Below are positions 1 through 9,215 of a stretch of 64,000 bases of DNA, piece after piece. The DNA comes from an uncultured Muribaculaceae bacterium. GTDB taxonomy: Bacteria; Pseudomonadota; Alphaproteobacteria; Rs-D84. Both the position numbers and the translations under genes were made by a program. The notes under the pieces were generated by a model that was given only the letters and a program-made list of their open reading frames with translations, had not been told where the DNA came from and did no database searches. How positions within the stretch are numbered: position 1 is the stretch's first letter; every line of letters begins with the position of its first letter. The stretch lies in the NCBI GenBank assembly GCA_964619545.1, contig CAZUED010000003.1, positions 163 to 64,162 of the forward strand. Reading direction: 5' to 3'.

Positions 1-124
1 TTCGTTCTGGTGATTATTGAGCACCAGCCACCCTCTGATCCATTCCGAACCAGACAGGGAAACGATGTATCGCCGATGGTACTTTGGCTTAAGCCACGGA
101 AGAGTAGGTCGTCGCCAGAACGAA
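1..124 (+). rRNA. rrf: 5S ribosomal RNA; the 5' end may lie at or just before the window start
   Basis: Conserved 5S core visible by eye: ccctctgatccattccgaac...gaaacg...cgccgatggtac...agagtaggtcgtcgccag. A 5'/3' helix pairs tcgttctggtg with cgccagaacga. Confidence 0.8.
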
Positions 125-157
125 ATTCATAAAGACATGTAAAGCCGAGACAATGAA

Positions 158-190
158 ATACCGCCCCATTTTTGGGGCGTTTTTTTATCC
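158..190 (+). terminator. rho-independent terminator after the 5S rRNA
   Basis: GC hairpin ccgccccatttttggggcg followed by a T-run. Confidence 0.7.
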
Positions 191-474
191 GATGTCATTC
201 CTATCACAATAGTTATAAATTTTAGTTATAATTTTTACATGGTTCAAAATAATCCGGACTTAAATTTTCCAAATTATACGGCACAGAATATGCCGCCAAA
301 AAATCCATGTGAAACCTGTTTGTTTTGGGGAATCACATGTAATCAATTAATATGCTCGAATTTCCAAAAATATAAAGAAGATACGAAAAAATTTGCGCTG
401 AGCAATGAAATTTCTCCCTTTAACAATTTATATTGATGTGATATAATCAGATGAAAGTAGAGAAGGGGTTTTTT

Positions 475-2439
475 ATGAAAAGCCGGTTTTTAGCGTATTT
501 TGTGTTCGCATTTAGCGCTGTTTTTGTATTGCCTGGGGCGGCTGATCCAATTGCTGGATATGGCCAGACTGCGCCTGTTGCAACAACAAGCGCAACACAA
601 TCTCCGCGTGCAACAGGTCAGCGCGGCGGTCGTGCGACCCCCAGCCCCACTGCGGCAGCCAAAGTTGGCGCAACACAATCAGCGTCGCGTAGTGTGTCAT
701 CAAGAAGCGTTGGTGCGCGTGCAACCGCAACATCTGCGCAAAATATAGTTTCGCGTGGCACCAGTTCGCGTACAACAAGCAGTCGCGCGGTACGCGCTCG
801 TACAGCAAGTTCAGCAACAACGGCCAGGGTTTCGCTGACCGGTACCGCAATTCGCGGCAGCAGCACTTCGACCACAACACTTGCTAACAAGCTTTATACC
901 GGGACATATTCTAATATTATTGATCCTACAACCGGTTTAATTTCAGCAGATGCCTACAGCAACTGTCTTGAATCTTATTATGCTTGCATGGATGAAATTT
1001 GTACGGCGCGTAATCCAGGACAACGTCGTTGCGCGTGCGCCGGTCGAGTAAAAACTTTTGCTAATGTAGAAGCGCAATTGCAGACAGCACGTGAAGATTT
1101 ATTAAAAGTTTCGGGACAATTGTCATTATTAATCCTTACCAAGGGCAAGGATGTTACGTCTGCATTTACTTTGACCGAGTCAGAAAAAGTTTTGAATTGC
1201 GTTTCTTGGCGTGATGCCAAAACCGCTGGAAAGACCGATGAATGGTGCGAAAGTCATACCATGCTGTCTGGCACAACAAGTTGCACCAGCTATTCTGGGC
1301 CACCGGCGTTTGTAGCGGAATACTGCTCTAGTAACGATTTTGTTCTGGGTGGATCCGATTGGATGAATGTCTTGAATGGGGCGGATTCTGATATACTTTC
1401 CAGCTTGGAAACCTATGCCAGCACGATAAACCAAGTCAATGTTATTACCACAGATAACACAAACAGCTTGTTCAGTTCATTCATGAATGTCAGCGATATA
1501 GTTGGACAGCTGGACGGCACCGGGAATTTGTTCAGTTCAACAGAAACGGCGCCCGATACTTTGGCCCAGCTGTGGGGGTATAACTTGTTCCAGTACGCCC
1601 ATAACAATGTTTGCAATCGTGTTCTGAATTCTTGCTTTAACGGAATTTATGAAGCATGCGGAAGCAATAACGGAACAACTGGTCCATATAATTATAACAA
1701 TACAATAACTGTTAACAATGATGGATCGGACTTGAATTTTGTTGTTCCAGGATCGTCTTCTTCAACCAGCACGAATACAGCAACTTGCTTTGGTTATACA
1801 AGCAGCAGTGGCGATCCATATTCAACGTTGCGCCGGCCAGTGGCGGATTCGCGCCGCAGCATTTTGCAAAAGTATGCACTGGACGCAAATGCTGATTGCG
1901 ATACGTATGGTGAAGAGTTGAAAAAGCAAGCGACAAATATGGCATATCAAAAGATAGCCGCGACTCAGTACCTGCAGCAAAAGCGTCTTGAATTCGCAAA
2001 TGAAGATGAAACAAATACAACTGCTGAATTAGTTGCTGCCAAAGAGTCTTATCGCAGTTGCGTCAGCGAGGTTTATGATTGCTATGACCAACAGACACGG
2101 ACTAATCCAACCTGGACTGCGGCACGTGTAAAGAACTATTGCTCGCAAAGCGCGGAAGTTCCCAGCTGCTATGAAACGATGGTATGTGATCAAGAAGTTG
2201 GTCGTTTGATTGATGTCGCAGACAGCATAACATGCACAAGTACCCAAGATTGGGCAGCGAACACTTGCCGCAATGTTGTCAGATTGTCAGAAATCTTGAA
2301 TGGCACGGGCGCGGCAGCGGTTTCGACTGGTGCGAACTCGGCAGGTTTGCGCGAGTACTGCTTGCAAAGCACCCCAGGTGTATATGGCGAAGGCAGTATA
2401 CGTGATTTTGGCACCGGCTGGGGTCCAGGAAGTTTATAA
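475..2439 (+). CDS. large secreted Cys-rich protein, paralog A, function unknown
   Basis: Signal peptide MKSRFLAYFVFAFSAVFVLPGAADP. A Ser/Thr/Ala/Arg-rich low-complexity linker is followed by many Cys. Shares the motif C-x3-Y-x2-CMD-x2-C...RC-x-C-x2-R with the downstream ORF. RBS precedes the ATG at 475. Confidence 0.75.
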   Translation: MKSRFLAYFVFAFSAVFVLPGAADPIAGYGQTAPVATTSATQSPRATGQRGGRATPSPTAAAKVGATQSASRSVSSRSVGARATATSAQNIVSRGTSSRTTSSRAVRARTASSATTARVSLTGTAIRGSSTSTTTLANKLYTGTYSNIIDPTTGLISADAYSNCLESYYACMDEICTARNPGQRRCACAGRVKTFANVEAQLQTAREDLLKVSGQLSLLILTKGKDVTSAFTLTESEKVLNCVSWRDAKTAGKTDEWCESHTMLSGTTSCTSYSGPPAFVAEYCSSNDFVLGGSDWMNVLNGADSDILSSLETYASTINQVNVITTDNTNSLFSSFMNVSDIVGQLDGTGNLFSSTETAPDTLAQLWGYNLFQYAHNNVCNRVLNSCFNGIYEACGSNNGTTGPYNYNNTITVNNDGSDLNFVVPGSSSSTSTNTATCFGYTSSSGDPYSTLRRPVADSRRSILQKYALDANADCDTYGEELKKQATNMAYQKIAATQYLQQKRLEFANEDETNTTAELVAAKESYRSCVSEVYDCYDQQTRTNPTWTAARVKNYCSQSAEVPSCYETMVCDQEVGRLIDVADSITCTSTQDWAANTCRNVVRLSEILNGTGAAAVSTGANSAGLREYCLQSTPGVYGEGSIRDFGTGWGPGSL

Positions 2440-2460
2440 AGCACAAGGCGTAGATAATAA

Positions 2461-4704
2461 ATGAATAAAAATTCCAGATTTTGCAAAAAGTTTGGTGCAT
2501 GTTTATCTATGCCTTATGCTGTTTTTTTGATGTTCTGCATGGGTATAGCTGATGCAGCTGAAGTAAGTCGTGCACTTCCCGGAAAACAAGTTGCTATTTC
2601 AACGACATTCCAAAATCAGATACAATCCGAAGATGAAGTACCGGTGATAGAGCCCGGACAAGTTTCTGTACCCATATCGGTTTCACGTACGGCAGCATTG
2701 CCTGCACAAAGAAGTCAAAATGAAATAAGATCACGCACAGCGGCGACAGCTGTTCCACGCGATGCACTGAATGAAGCTGCGCGCCAAGTTGGACGCAGCG
2801 CCAAGGCCGAGGCAGCAAGTATGAATGCAACGGCACCAGTTCGTCGTGCGGGGATTTCTTTACGTCCGACAGCTGCCGAGGTTGGCGGCCGTGCAGCAGT
2901 TGTTACAGCTGGTACAACTACAGCTTCAAGTGTCAGCGCGGCAAGTCGTAGATTAACTTCACGTGCTGCAACTACAGGTCCCGATACAGCTGGGATTGAC
3001 GATACAATAGCTGTGACGGAATCATGCCAAGCGCAATATACCGACTGCATGGATCAGTTCTGCGCTGTCATTGATGCCAACCAAAAAAGATGCAGCTGCA
3101 GTAATCGTCTTTCTTCTTATTCGCGTGTAGAAACATCTGTAAAAGAAGCAAACAATCAGCTGAATGACGTCGCACAACGCATACGCTATGTGGGATTGTC
3201 TGCGGATGAAATTAGTGCGATTATGAGCGCGACCGAGGCTGAGATTGCATTACAAAATACCCGTGATACAACAGAATCACGGAATATGCTGGATGAAATT
3301 GAAAATCTTATTCGTTCGCCGGAAAATGTTGTTGCGCAAAGTTCTTCATCAACGATTGATTTGGACTTGAGTTTTGATGCAGAGGCTGATCCCATGGAGT
3401 TGTTTAATCTTTCCGGATCATCAACAGGGTCATTTTCTAATTTGCGTGGAACGGATTTGCTAAATGCCGCAAAAAAACGTTGCCAATCTGTGCTGACATC
3501 ATGCAAAGCCAAAGGTGCAAACGTCAATCAAATTACAGGTCGGTATGAAATAGAGATAGATAAAGACTGCATAACATATGAAAAAGGTCTGGAAAAGATG
3601 AATCAGACCTTGCGCACAAATGTTCGCAGTGCAACACAAATGTTGCAAAAGGCAAGACTTGCTGTGCTTGAAAATCATAACTCTTACGACGCCAAGGGTT
3701 GTGTTGGTGCTTTGGAACAATGCATGCACGACGAAATGGTTTGCGGAAGCGACTATTCTAAATGCCTTGATCCGACTAAACGCTTTATAGACGAAAGCGG
3801 AAAAGTAGTTTTGGGTCAAAATATTTCCATGATAAGAAACATTATGGCGAATTTTGATAATTCTATAATAGACGAGTCGTTTATAGGTTCAGCATGGGCA
3901 ATGTCGGGAATGTCTGGTTGTGATCAGGCACCAAATAATAATGGCAAATGCATTGTGAAGTATTTGTTGGGAAAAATCGGAATGGGCGAAGATAGCAGCT
4001 CTGGTTTGTGTCGCCCGGTTTTAGACAAGTGTCAAAAACAAACGTATGATGGCCGCGGCAAATATAATCCGAAAAACGCAATAGTCGTGGGCTATATACA
4101 GCGCGCAATGACTAATATTCGTGCTGCCCAGGAAAATATAATTTCAGATTACGCATCGACATGTATGGCGGAAATTGCAACTTGCTATTCCAAGCAGGTT
4201 ACGCAAATCAATGCATGGTCATCAAATGCCAACGTTCAGAATGTGTATTCAGTTCTGAAAGGCGCATGTCGTAATGTTGCACTGACATGCAGCTATGCGG
4301 TTTTCTCGGCCGACCAAACTGTGAATGGTTGCCCAATAACCAGCAATGATATGGCTGGAACCGATGGTGATAGGCAAAGCAAATGTATAGAAAACATTTC
4401 GGATATATTCTATCAATCAATGTTGTGTCCAGATTATTCGACATGGGTCCCGGCACAGACAGGTGCTATCGCAGGCACTATGTATCCTTATTCGCCCGAT
4501 ACACCGATCAGAGTGCATGTTAACGAGCGCTGTGTATGCCAATCAGGATATGGCGTAAATGCGGGTAGTTGTGAACAATGCCCGACCGGATACGCATTCA
4601 ATGCAAATTGCACTTATGCCAGTGCATCCCAAGGTTGTCCGATTATAGGATGCGGTTGCCCAGCGGGTACGACTTGGAATACGACTGCATCTGCGTGCCA
4701 ATAA
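2461..4704 (+). CDS. large secreted Cys-rich protein, paralog B, function unknown
   Basis: Hydrophobic N-terminus. An Ala/Thr/Ser/Arg-rich linker precedes the same CMD-containing Cys motif (ESCQAQYTDCMDQFCAVIDANQKRCSCSNR) and many further Cys. Tandem with paralog A. Confidence 0.75.
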   Translation: MNKNSRFCKKFGACLSMPYAVFLMFCMGIADAAEVSRALPGKQVAISTTFQNQIQSEDEVPVIEPGQVSVPISVSRTAALPAQRSQNEIRSRTAATAVPRDALNEAARQVGRSAKAEAASMNATAPVRRAGISLRPTAAEVGGRAAVVTAGTTTASSVSAASRRLTSRAATTGPDTAGIDDTIAVTESCQAQYTDCMDQFCAVIDANQKRCSCSNRLSSYSRVETSVKEANNQLNDVAQRIRYVGLSADEISAIMSATEAEIALQNTRDTTESRNMLDEIENLIRSPENVVAQSSSSTIDLDLSFDAEADPMELFNLSGSSTGSFSNLRGTDLLNAAKKRCQSVLTSCKAKGANVNQITGRYEIEIDKDCITYEKGLEKMNQTLRTNVRSATQMLQKARLAVLENHNSYDAKGCVGALEQCMHDEMVCGSDYSKCLDPTKRFIDESGKVVLGQNISMIRNIMANFDNSIIDESFIGSAWAMSGMSGCDQAPNNNGKCIVKYLLGKIGMGEDSSSGLCRPVLDKCQKQTYDGRGKYNPKNAIVVGYIQRAMTNIRAAQENIISDYASTCMAEIATCYSKQVTQINAWSSNANVQNVYSVLKGACRNVALTCSYAVFSADQTVNGCPITSNDMAGTDGDRQSKCIENISDIFYQSMLCPDYSTWVPAQTGAIAGTMYPYSPDTPIRVHVNERCVCQSGYGVNAGSCEQCPTGYAFNANCTYASASQGCPIIGCGCPAGTTWNTTASACQ

Positions 4705-4763
4705 AACCCTTGAAAATCGTGTGGTATTTGCTATGCTTTTCCTATTAAAAGGAAGAAAGCATA

Positions 4764-6308
4764 ATGAGTCAAGCATACGCCGTTCTGGCGCGAAAATACC
4801 GCAGTCAAGATTTTGCCAGTCTGATTGGACAGGACGTTCTTGTTAAAACCCTTACTACAGCAATCAATACAGACCGAATCGCGCATGCGTATATTTTTAC
4901 GGGCATTCGTGGAACTGGGAAAACCAGCACCGCTCGCATTCTGGCCAAGGCGCTGAATTGTTTAAGCGCAAATAAAGCAACCGCTGCCCCATGTGGTGTA
5001 TGTGAAAATTGCAAAGCGATTGCTGCCGGTCAGCATATTGATGTTTTGGAAATTGACGCAGCATCGCACACTGGTGTTGATAATATGCGCGACATTTTGG
5101 ATGCAGCCCAGTATCGTCCAACTAATGGCAGATACAAGGTTTACATTATCGACGAAGTGCATATGCTTTCAACCAGTGCATTTAATGCATTATTAAAAAC
5201 TCTGGAAGAGCCGCCCGAGCATGTTATTTTTATTCTGGCGACGACAGAAATACGAAAAGTTCCTGTAACTATTCTTTCCAGATGCCAACGATTTGATCTT
5301 GTACGTGTTTCAGTCGAAACACTTAAGAAACATTTTGCTTGGATTGCCCAGTCGGAAAAAGTGAATTTGACAGATGGTGCAAACGAATTGTTGTCGCGTG
5401 CAGCAGATGGTTCAGTTCGTGATGGTCTGTCTTTATTGGATCAAGCAATTGCGCAAACAGGCGGCAATGTGGATGAGGCTGCAGTGCTGTCCATGTTAAA
5501 ACGCGCGGACCGCGGCGTGGTCGTTGATTTTATGCAGACATTACTGTCGGGCGATGTTGCGGCCGCAATAGACAAGGCGGACTCTTTGTATGCTAATGGC
5601 GCGGATTTATCAATGTTGCTTACTGACATGATGGAATGGACGCACTGGGCGACTCGTATGCACCCCAGCTTGCATGCAGGTGATGCAGCTGCAATTCCAT
5701 ATACGGCTGATCAAAAAGAACAAATAAGAAAAATTAACGAAACGACTAGCCTGAATACTTTGTCGCGCATATGGCAAGTAATGGTTGCCAGTGTACCTGA
5801 AATGCAGACTGCTGGGAATCAAAAGCAATGCTTTGATATGCTGGTTGTTCGTTTAATGCGTGTTGCTGATATGCCGCCCATCAACGAATTAGTAAAGCAA
5901 ACAGCAACGTCTGCACCCCAAGCAAAACAGCAGATACATAAAGTTCCAGCAAAAGACAATGCATTTATAAAAATTTCAACGCCAATTGAACTTTCTGGCG
6001 CCCTTTCTGATGCCAAAGAACCTTTGTTAATGACTCATTGGGCAAATAATGTAGAGGTTGCAGAATTTTCAGATGGGCAAATTAAGTTTTTTGATCGTAA
6101 TGATGATCGTGATTTCCCTACAAAATTGCGTGATTTTTTACGTACCAAAACCGGCAAAGAATGGATTTTGGAAAAGATAGAACCAGAGCAGAAAAATCAG
6201 CCCATGCAAACCCCGACCGAGGCACAGCGCGCAGAACTTGAAGCCGATCCTGTGGTTGCAAACGCGCTGGATTTATTTGCTGGTGCCGAAATTATTTCGG
6301 TAAAATAA
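4764..6308 (+). CDS. dnaX: DNA polymerase III subunit gamma/tau
   Basis: Walker A GIRGTGKTSTARILAKALNC; a CGVCENC zinc module; clamp-loader box IIDEVHMLS; good RBS. Confidence 0.95.
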   Translation: MSQAYAVLARKYRSQDFASLIGQDVLVKTLTTAINTDRIAHAYIFTGIRGTGKTSTARILAKALNCLSANKATAAPCGVCENCKAIAAGQHIDVLEIDAASHTGVDNMRDILDAAQYRPTNGRYKVYIIDEVHMLSTSAFNALLKTLEEPPEHVIFILATTEIRKVPVTILSRCQRFDLVRVSVETLKKHFAWIAQSEKVNLTDGANELLSRAADGSVRDGLSLLDQAIAQTGGNVDEAAVLSMLKRADRGVVVDFMQTLLSGDVAAAIDKADSLYANGADLSMLLTDMMEWTHWATRMHPSLHAGDAAAIPYTADQKEQIRKINETTSLNTLSRIWQVMVASVPEMQTAGNQKQCFDMLVVRLMRVADMPPINELVKQTATSAPQAKQQIHKVPAKDNAFIKISTPIELSGALSDAKEPLLMTHWANNVEVAEFSDGQIKFFDRNDDRDFPTKLRDFLRTKTGKEWILEKIEPEQKNQPMQTPTEAQRAELEADPVVANALDLFAGAEIISVK

Positions 6309-6318
6309 GGAGAGAAAA

Positions 6319-6777
6319 ATGAGAGAGCAATGCGGACGCAGCCTGATTGAAATGCTTGGAGTGCTGGCCATCGCAGGTGTTATGACCGCTGGTGCAATTG
6401 CTATGTATAACATTGTGCGCACCCGACAGATTCGGATGGTGGCGACCCAAGATATGAAAACAATCGCAAATAATACAAAGCTGTTGTATGCCGCGCGCCG
6501 TGATTATACCGGCATATCCGCAGATTATTTGGTTAAGGCTGGCGCAATGCGCAATGAAAAATCTCCTTTGGCTGGCGCTCAGTTTTCTATTTCTGCAAGT
6601 CCAGGCCCCAAGGAATTCGCAATGGTTTTTGCAGAATTAAATTTTAATGATTGCTCTTGGCTTGCGACGCAGAATTTTGATTGGGCGGACAGAATTAGTG
6701 TGAATGGGTATTTTGAGTCCGCATCGACTTATTGTCGTCAGATGGATAAAAATGAAGTTGCGGTTTGGGTGAAATAA
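6319..6777 (+). CDS. type IV pilin / pseudopilin-like protein with a class III (prepilin) signal peptide
   Basis: N-terminus MREQCG|RSLIEMLGVLAIAGVMTAGAIAMY: a Gly, then Glu at +5 and a hydrophobic helix, typical of the prepilin peptidase cleavage and methylation motif. Size of 152 aa fits a type IVa pilin. Strong RBS. Confidence 0.65.
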   Translation: MREQCGRSLIEMLGVLAIAGVMTAGAIAMYNIVRTRQIRMVATQDMKTIANNTKLLYAARRDYTGISADYLVKAGAMRNEKSPLAGAQFSISASPGPKEFAMVFAELNFNDCSWLATQNFDWADRISVNGYFESASTYCRQMDKNEVAVWVK

Positions 6778-6826
6778 AAATTAAAGAGCAAAGAGTTCCA
6801 CGGTACATTAATATAAAAGATAAGCT

Positions 6827-7546
6827 ATGAAAGTAAAACTGAAATGTTTTTATAAAACTTCATTTGCAAATTGCTCGTTGCTCTTTTCTCTTTGCGCATT
6901 TTTAAGTGGTTGTGTCACATATCAAACGCCGCCGCGCAATGATTGGCCGATTATTTTACGTGGCGCGACCTTCTCTGAAATGACCGATACTATGAAAATT
7001 GCAAAGCGACCCGTTTTTATTGGTGGTGGTGGAAAAATAATAAACAAAGATGCCGGGCCAGAAAATATAAGTCAATATGGTAAAGAGCCCACGCCAACAG
7101 ACATTAGTCCAGCAGTATTAAAGTATATGGCTTCGCTGGAATATGAGTTATATGATTCTTTATTAAAACCGGGAATCCAGGTTCAGCGCGTGGGCACCGA
7201 TGTTGTTTTATTGCTGACACGTGATTCGTTTATGTATTTGGACGCACCAGAAGTTTCGGATGATGGTGAAGATACATTGAAAATCGTTGCAAAAATACTG
7301 AAAAAATATGATGCTACGTTTATGGAAATTTCGGGTTATACCGATGCAACAATAGACAAGAATGCGGCATCTGCACTTTCGTTGGATATGGCGCAAAGGG
7401 TTGGAATTTTTATGGCAAACCATGATATAAACCCTGCACGTATGTTTATTGTTGGTCGGGGCGCTGCACGTCCTATTGCGGCCCAAGATGATACAGGTCG
7501 GCGCATGAATCGGCGCGTTGAAATCAGATTGTCGCCAGCAAGATAG
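6827..7546 (+). CDS. OmpA-family peptidoglycan-associated lipoprotein
   Basis: Lipobox FLSGC. C-terminal OmpA-like domain (GYTDATIDKNAASALSLDMAQRVGIFMANHDINPARMFIVGRGAARPIAAQDDTGRRMNRRVEI). Confidence 0.8.
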   Translation: MKVKLKCFYKTSFANCSLLFSLCAFLSGCVTYQTPPRNDWPIILRGATFSEMTDTMKIAKRPVFIGGGGKIINKDAGPENISQYGKEPTPTDISPAVLKYMASLEYELYDSLLKPGIQVQRVGTDVVLLLTRDSFMYLDAPEVSDDGEDTLKIVAKILKKYDATFMEISGYTDATIDKNAASALSLDMAQRVGIFMANHDINPARMFIVGRGAARPIAAQDDTGRRMNRRVEIRLSPAR

Positions 7547-7613
7547 CAAATTTTCTGATTGAAATTTATTTTTTATGGATTACAATTAGCAAAGAAAACA
7601 AAAAGGAAGGAAA

Positions 7614-8273
7614 ATGAAAAACCAAAAACCGCTTCCAAAAAAAGCGAAAAACTACAAGAAAATTGGTCTTATCGCTGCTGTGGTTGTCGCCGTGGCTGCA
7701 TTGGGATTTTGGGCTGTTCGGTATTTTACCGCACCGATTTCAATTGAAAAAGCAATCGAGCATGTTTCAACTGAAGCGGTAAGCGGCAGCGACCTGCGTA
7801 TTGCGGTCGTACGTATGGATGCAATTCAGACCCAAGCAAAAGTTTTGGCCGATTTGCATAAACAACGCGAATCTTATGAGAATAAGCTGCGTGATGAATT
7901 GTCAAATCGTCAGAAAGAGCTAGAAAATGAAAAGGCAGAAATAGAAAAATCGCAAGATGTTCTTTCACGTGAAGCTTTACAAAAACGCGTTTCTGATTAT
8001 CAGCAGAAAGTTTCAAAGTTGCAGCAAGATTTGACTACTCGCGCCCAGGCAATAGATGCATCTTTCCAGAAAGCATTGGCCAAGGTACAAAGCGAACATC
8101 TGGATCCGATAATTGACGCTGTTATTACAAAAAAGAACTTGTCATTGGTTATTGATGGCCGTTTGGCTCGCACAGGCGGAGAAATCAAGAATCTGGACAT
8201 TACGGATGACATAGTGATTGCTTTGGATAAAAGAATCCCAAGCGTCAAAATGGAAACTCCAAAAGGGTTCTAA
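7614..8273 (+). CDS. skp: Skp/OmpH-family periplasmic chaperone
   Basis: N-terminal TM/signal, long coiled-coil region, and position immediately upstream of lpxD-fabZ, the conserved skp-lpxD-fabZ context. Confidence 0.7.
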   Translation: MKNQKPLPKKAKNYKKIGLIAAVVVAVAALGFWAVRYFTAPISIEKAIEHVSTEAVSGSDLRIAVVRMDAIQTQAKVLADLHKQRESYENKLRDELSNRQKELENEKAEIEKSQDVLSREALQKRVSDYQQKVSKLQQDLTTRAQAIDASFQKALAKVQSEHLDPIIDAVITKKNLSLVIDGRLARTGGEIKNLDITDDIVIALDKRIPSVKMETPKGF

Positions 8274-8285
8274 AATAGTTCTGAA

Positions 8286-8318
8286 TTAAATCGCCGCAAT
8301 CGCGGCGATTTTTTTAAT
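8286..8318 (+). terminator. rho-independent terminator
   Basis: Hairpin tcgccgcaatcgcggcga followed by a T-run. Confidence 0.7.
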
Positions 8319-8403
8319 ATAAAAATGTTTTGTAAAAAACTTTGATTTTGTTGATTTTGCCTTTCTACTTTTGCCTTTTGTTTTTTTGTGTTATAATTCA
8401 CCT

Positions 8404-9147
8404 ATGAAAAAGTTTTTTGCTTCATTGTTTGTTATTAGTTTTTCATTGCTGTTCATGGCGCCTGTGCGTGCATCAGATGCCCCGGATTTCAAGATTTACG
8501 AAGACGTTTCCATAAATAATCAGCCAAAATCCATGCCAGAAATAGAGGAATTATTTCTTAATCCCCGTGCCCAGACAGAAAATCTTTGGGCTGCCGGAAA
8601 AAATTCAATGTTAGAAATTTCTTATACTGGTTGCCCATTTCATACAATTCGTGAATGCCTGATTTGGAAGCGTAAACCAGTAATAATGGAAACAATCCCA
8701 TTGCCAACGCGGCATATTAAAAAAACTGATGATTATCAAACCGCATTGGTAAAAAGGTACGAGGCTCTGATGCAGGCAGCCAGATCTTGTTGCACTGCCG
8801 GCATGGAGAACAAGTTGATAAATTCTGGCGCATCCGCTGGTTTGATTTATAAATTTATGGTTGATGATGCAAACTTTTACGGATTTGGGGATAGATGCTT
8901 GATGATAACAGATGAAGAACTGCAAGAAAACTATTCTGGGACTGCAACCGCAAGGGCGGTGATGGGTGTTCGTGATACATGCCTGTGTCAGCGGCGGGAT
9001 TATTTTGATGCACTACTGGCGCCATTTGACGATTTTCCAGACGAAGAGTATAATTATACTTATCAAGATGGATTGAAGCGCGAGGTAAATGTTTCAATCA
9101 GCAATGATGTACGTGCAGTCAAAGAAATTTTGACACGCTGCCTATAA
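8404..9147 (+). CDS. hypothetical secreted Cys-containing protein inserted between skp and lpxD
   Basis: Signal peptide MKKFFASLFVISFSLLFMAPVRA; no recognisable family. Confidence 0.55.
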   Translation: MKKFFASLFVISFSLLFMAPVRASDAPDFKIYEDVSINNQPKSMPEIEELFLNPRAQTENLWAAGKNSMLEISYTGCPFHTIRECLIWKRKPVIMETIPLPTRHIKKTDDYQTALVKRYEALMQAARSCCTAGMENKLINSGASAGLIYKFMVDDANFYGFGDRCLMITDEELQENYSGTATARAVMGVRDTCLCQRRDYFDALLAPFDDFPDEEYNYTYQDGLKREVNVSISNDVRAVKEILTRCL

Positions 9148-9215
9148 AAAAGTTAATAATCACTACATTTCCAATAAACTTGCACTGACAATTTCTGTGT
9201 GGTATTATTTCAATC

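Noticed and set aside
239-436. 65-aa ORF between the 5S rRNA terminator and the first Cys-rich gene
   Set aside because: AT-rich, no RBS, no motif; it more likely covers the promoter region of the downstream gene.
490-890. Several overlapping ORFs on both strands (490-678, 500-748, 512-880, 618-890) inside the first Cys-rich gene
   Set aside because: They fall in the GC-rich Ser/Thr/Ala-codon repeat region, where all frames stay open. The long plus-strand frame with a signal peptide is the real gene.
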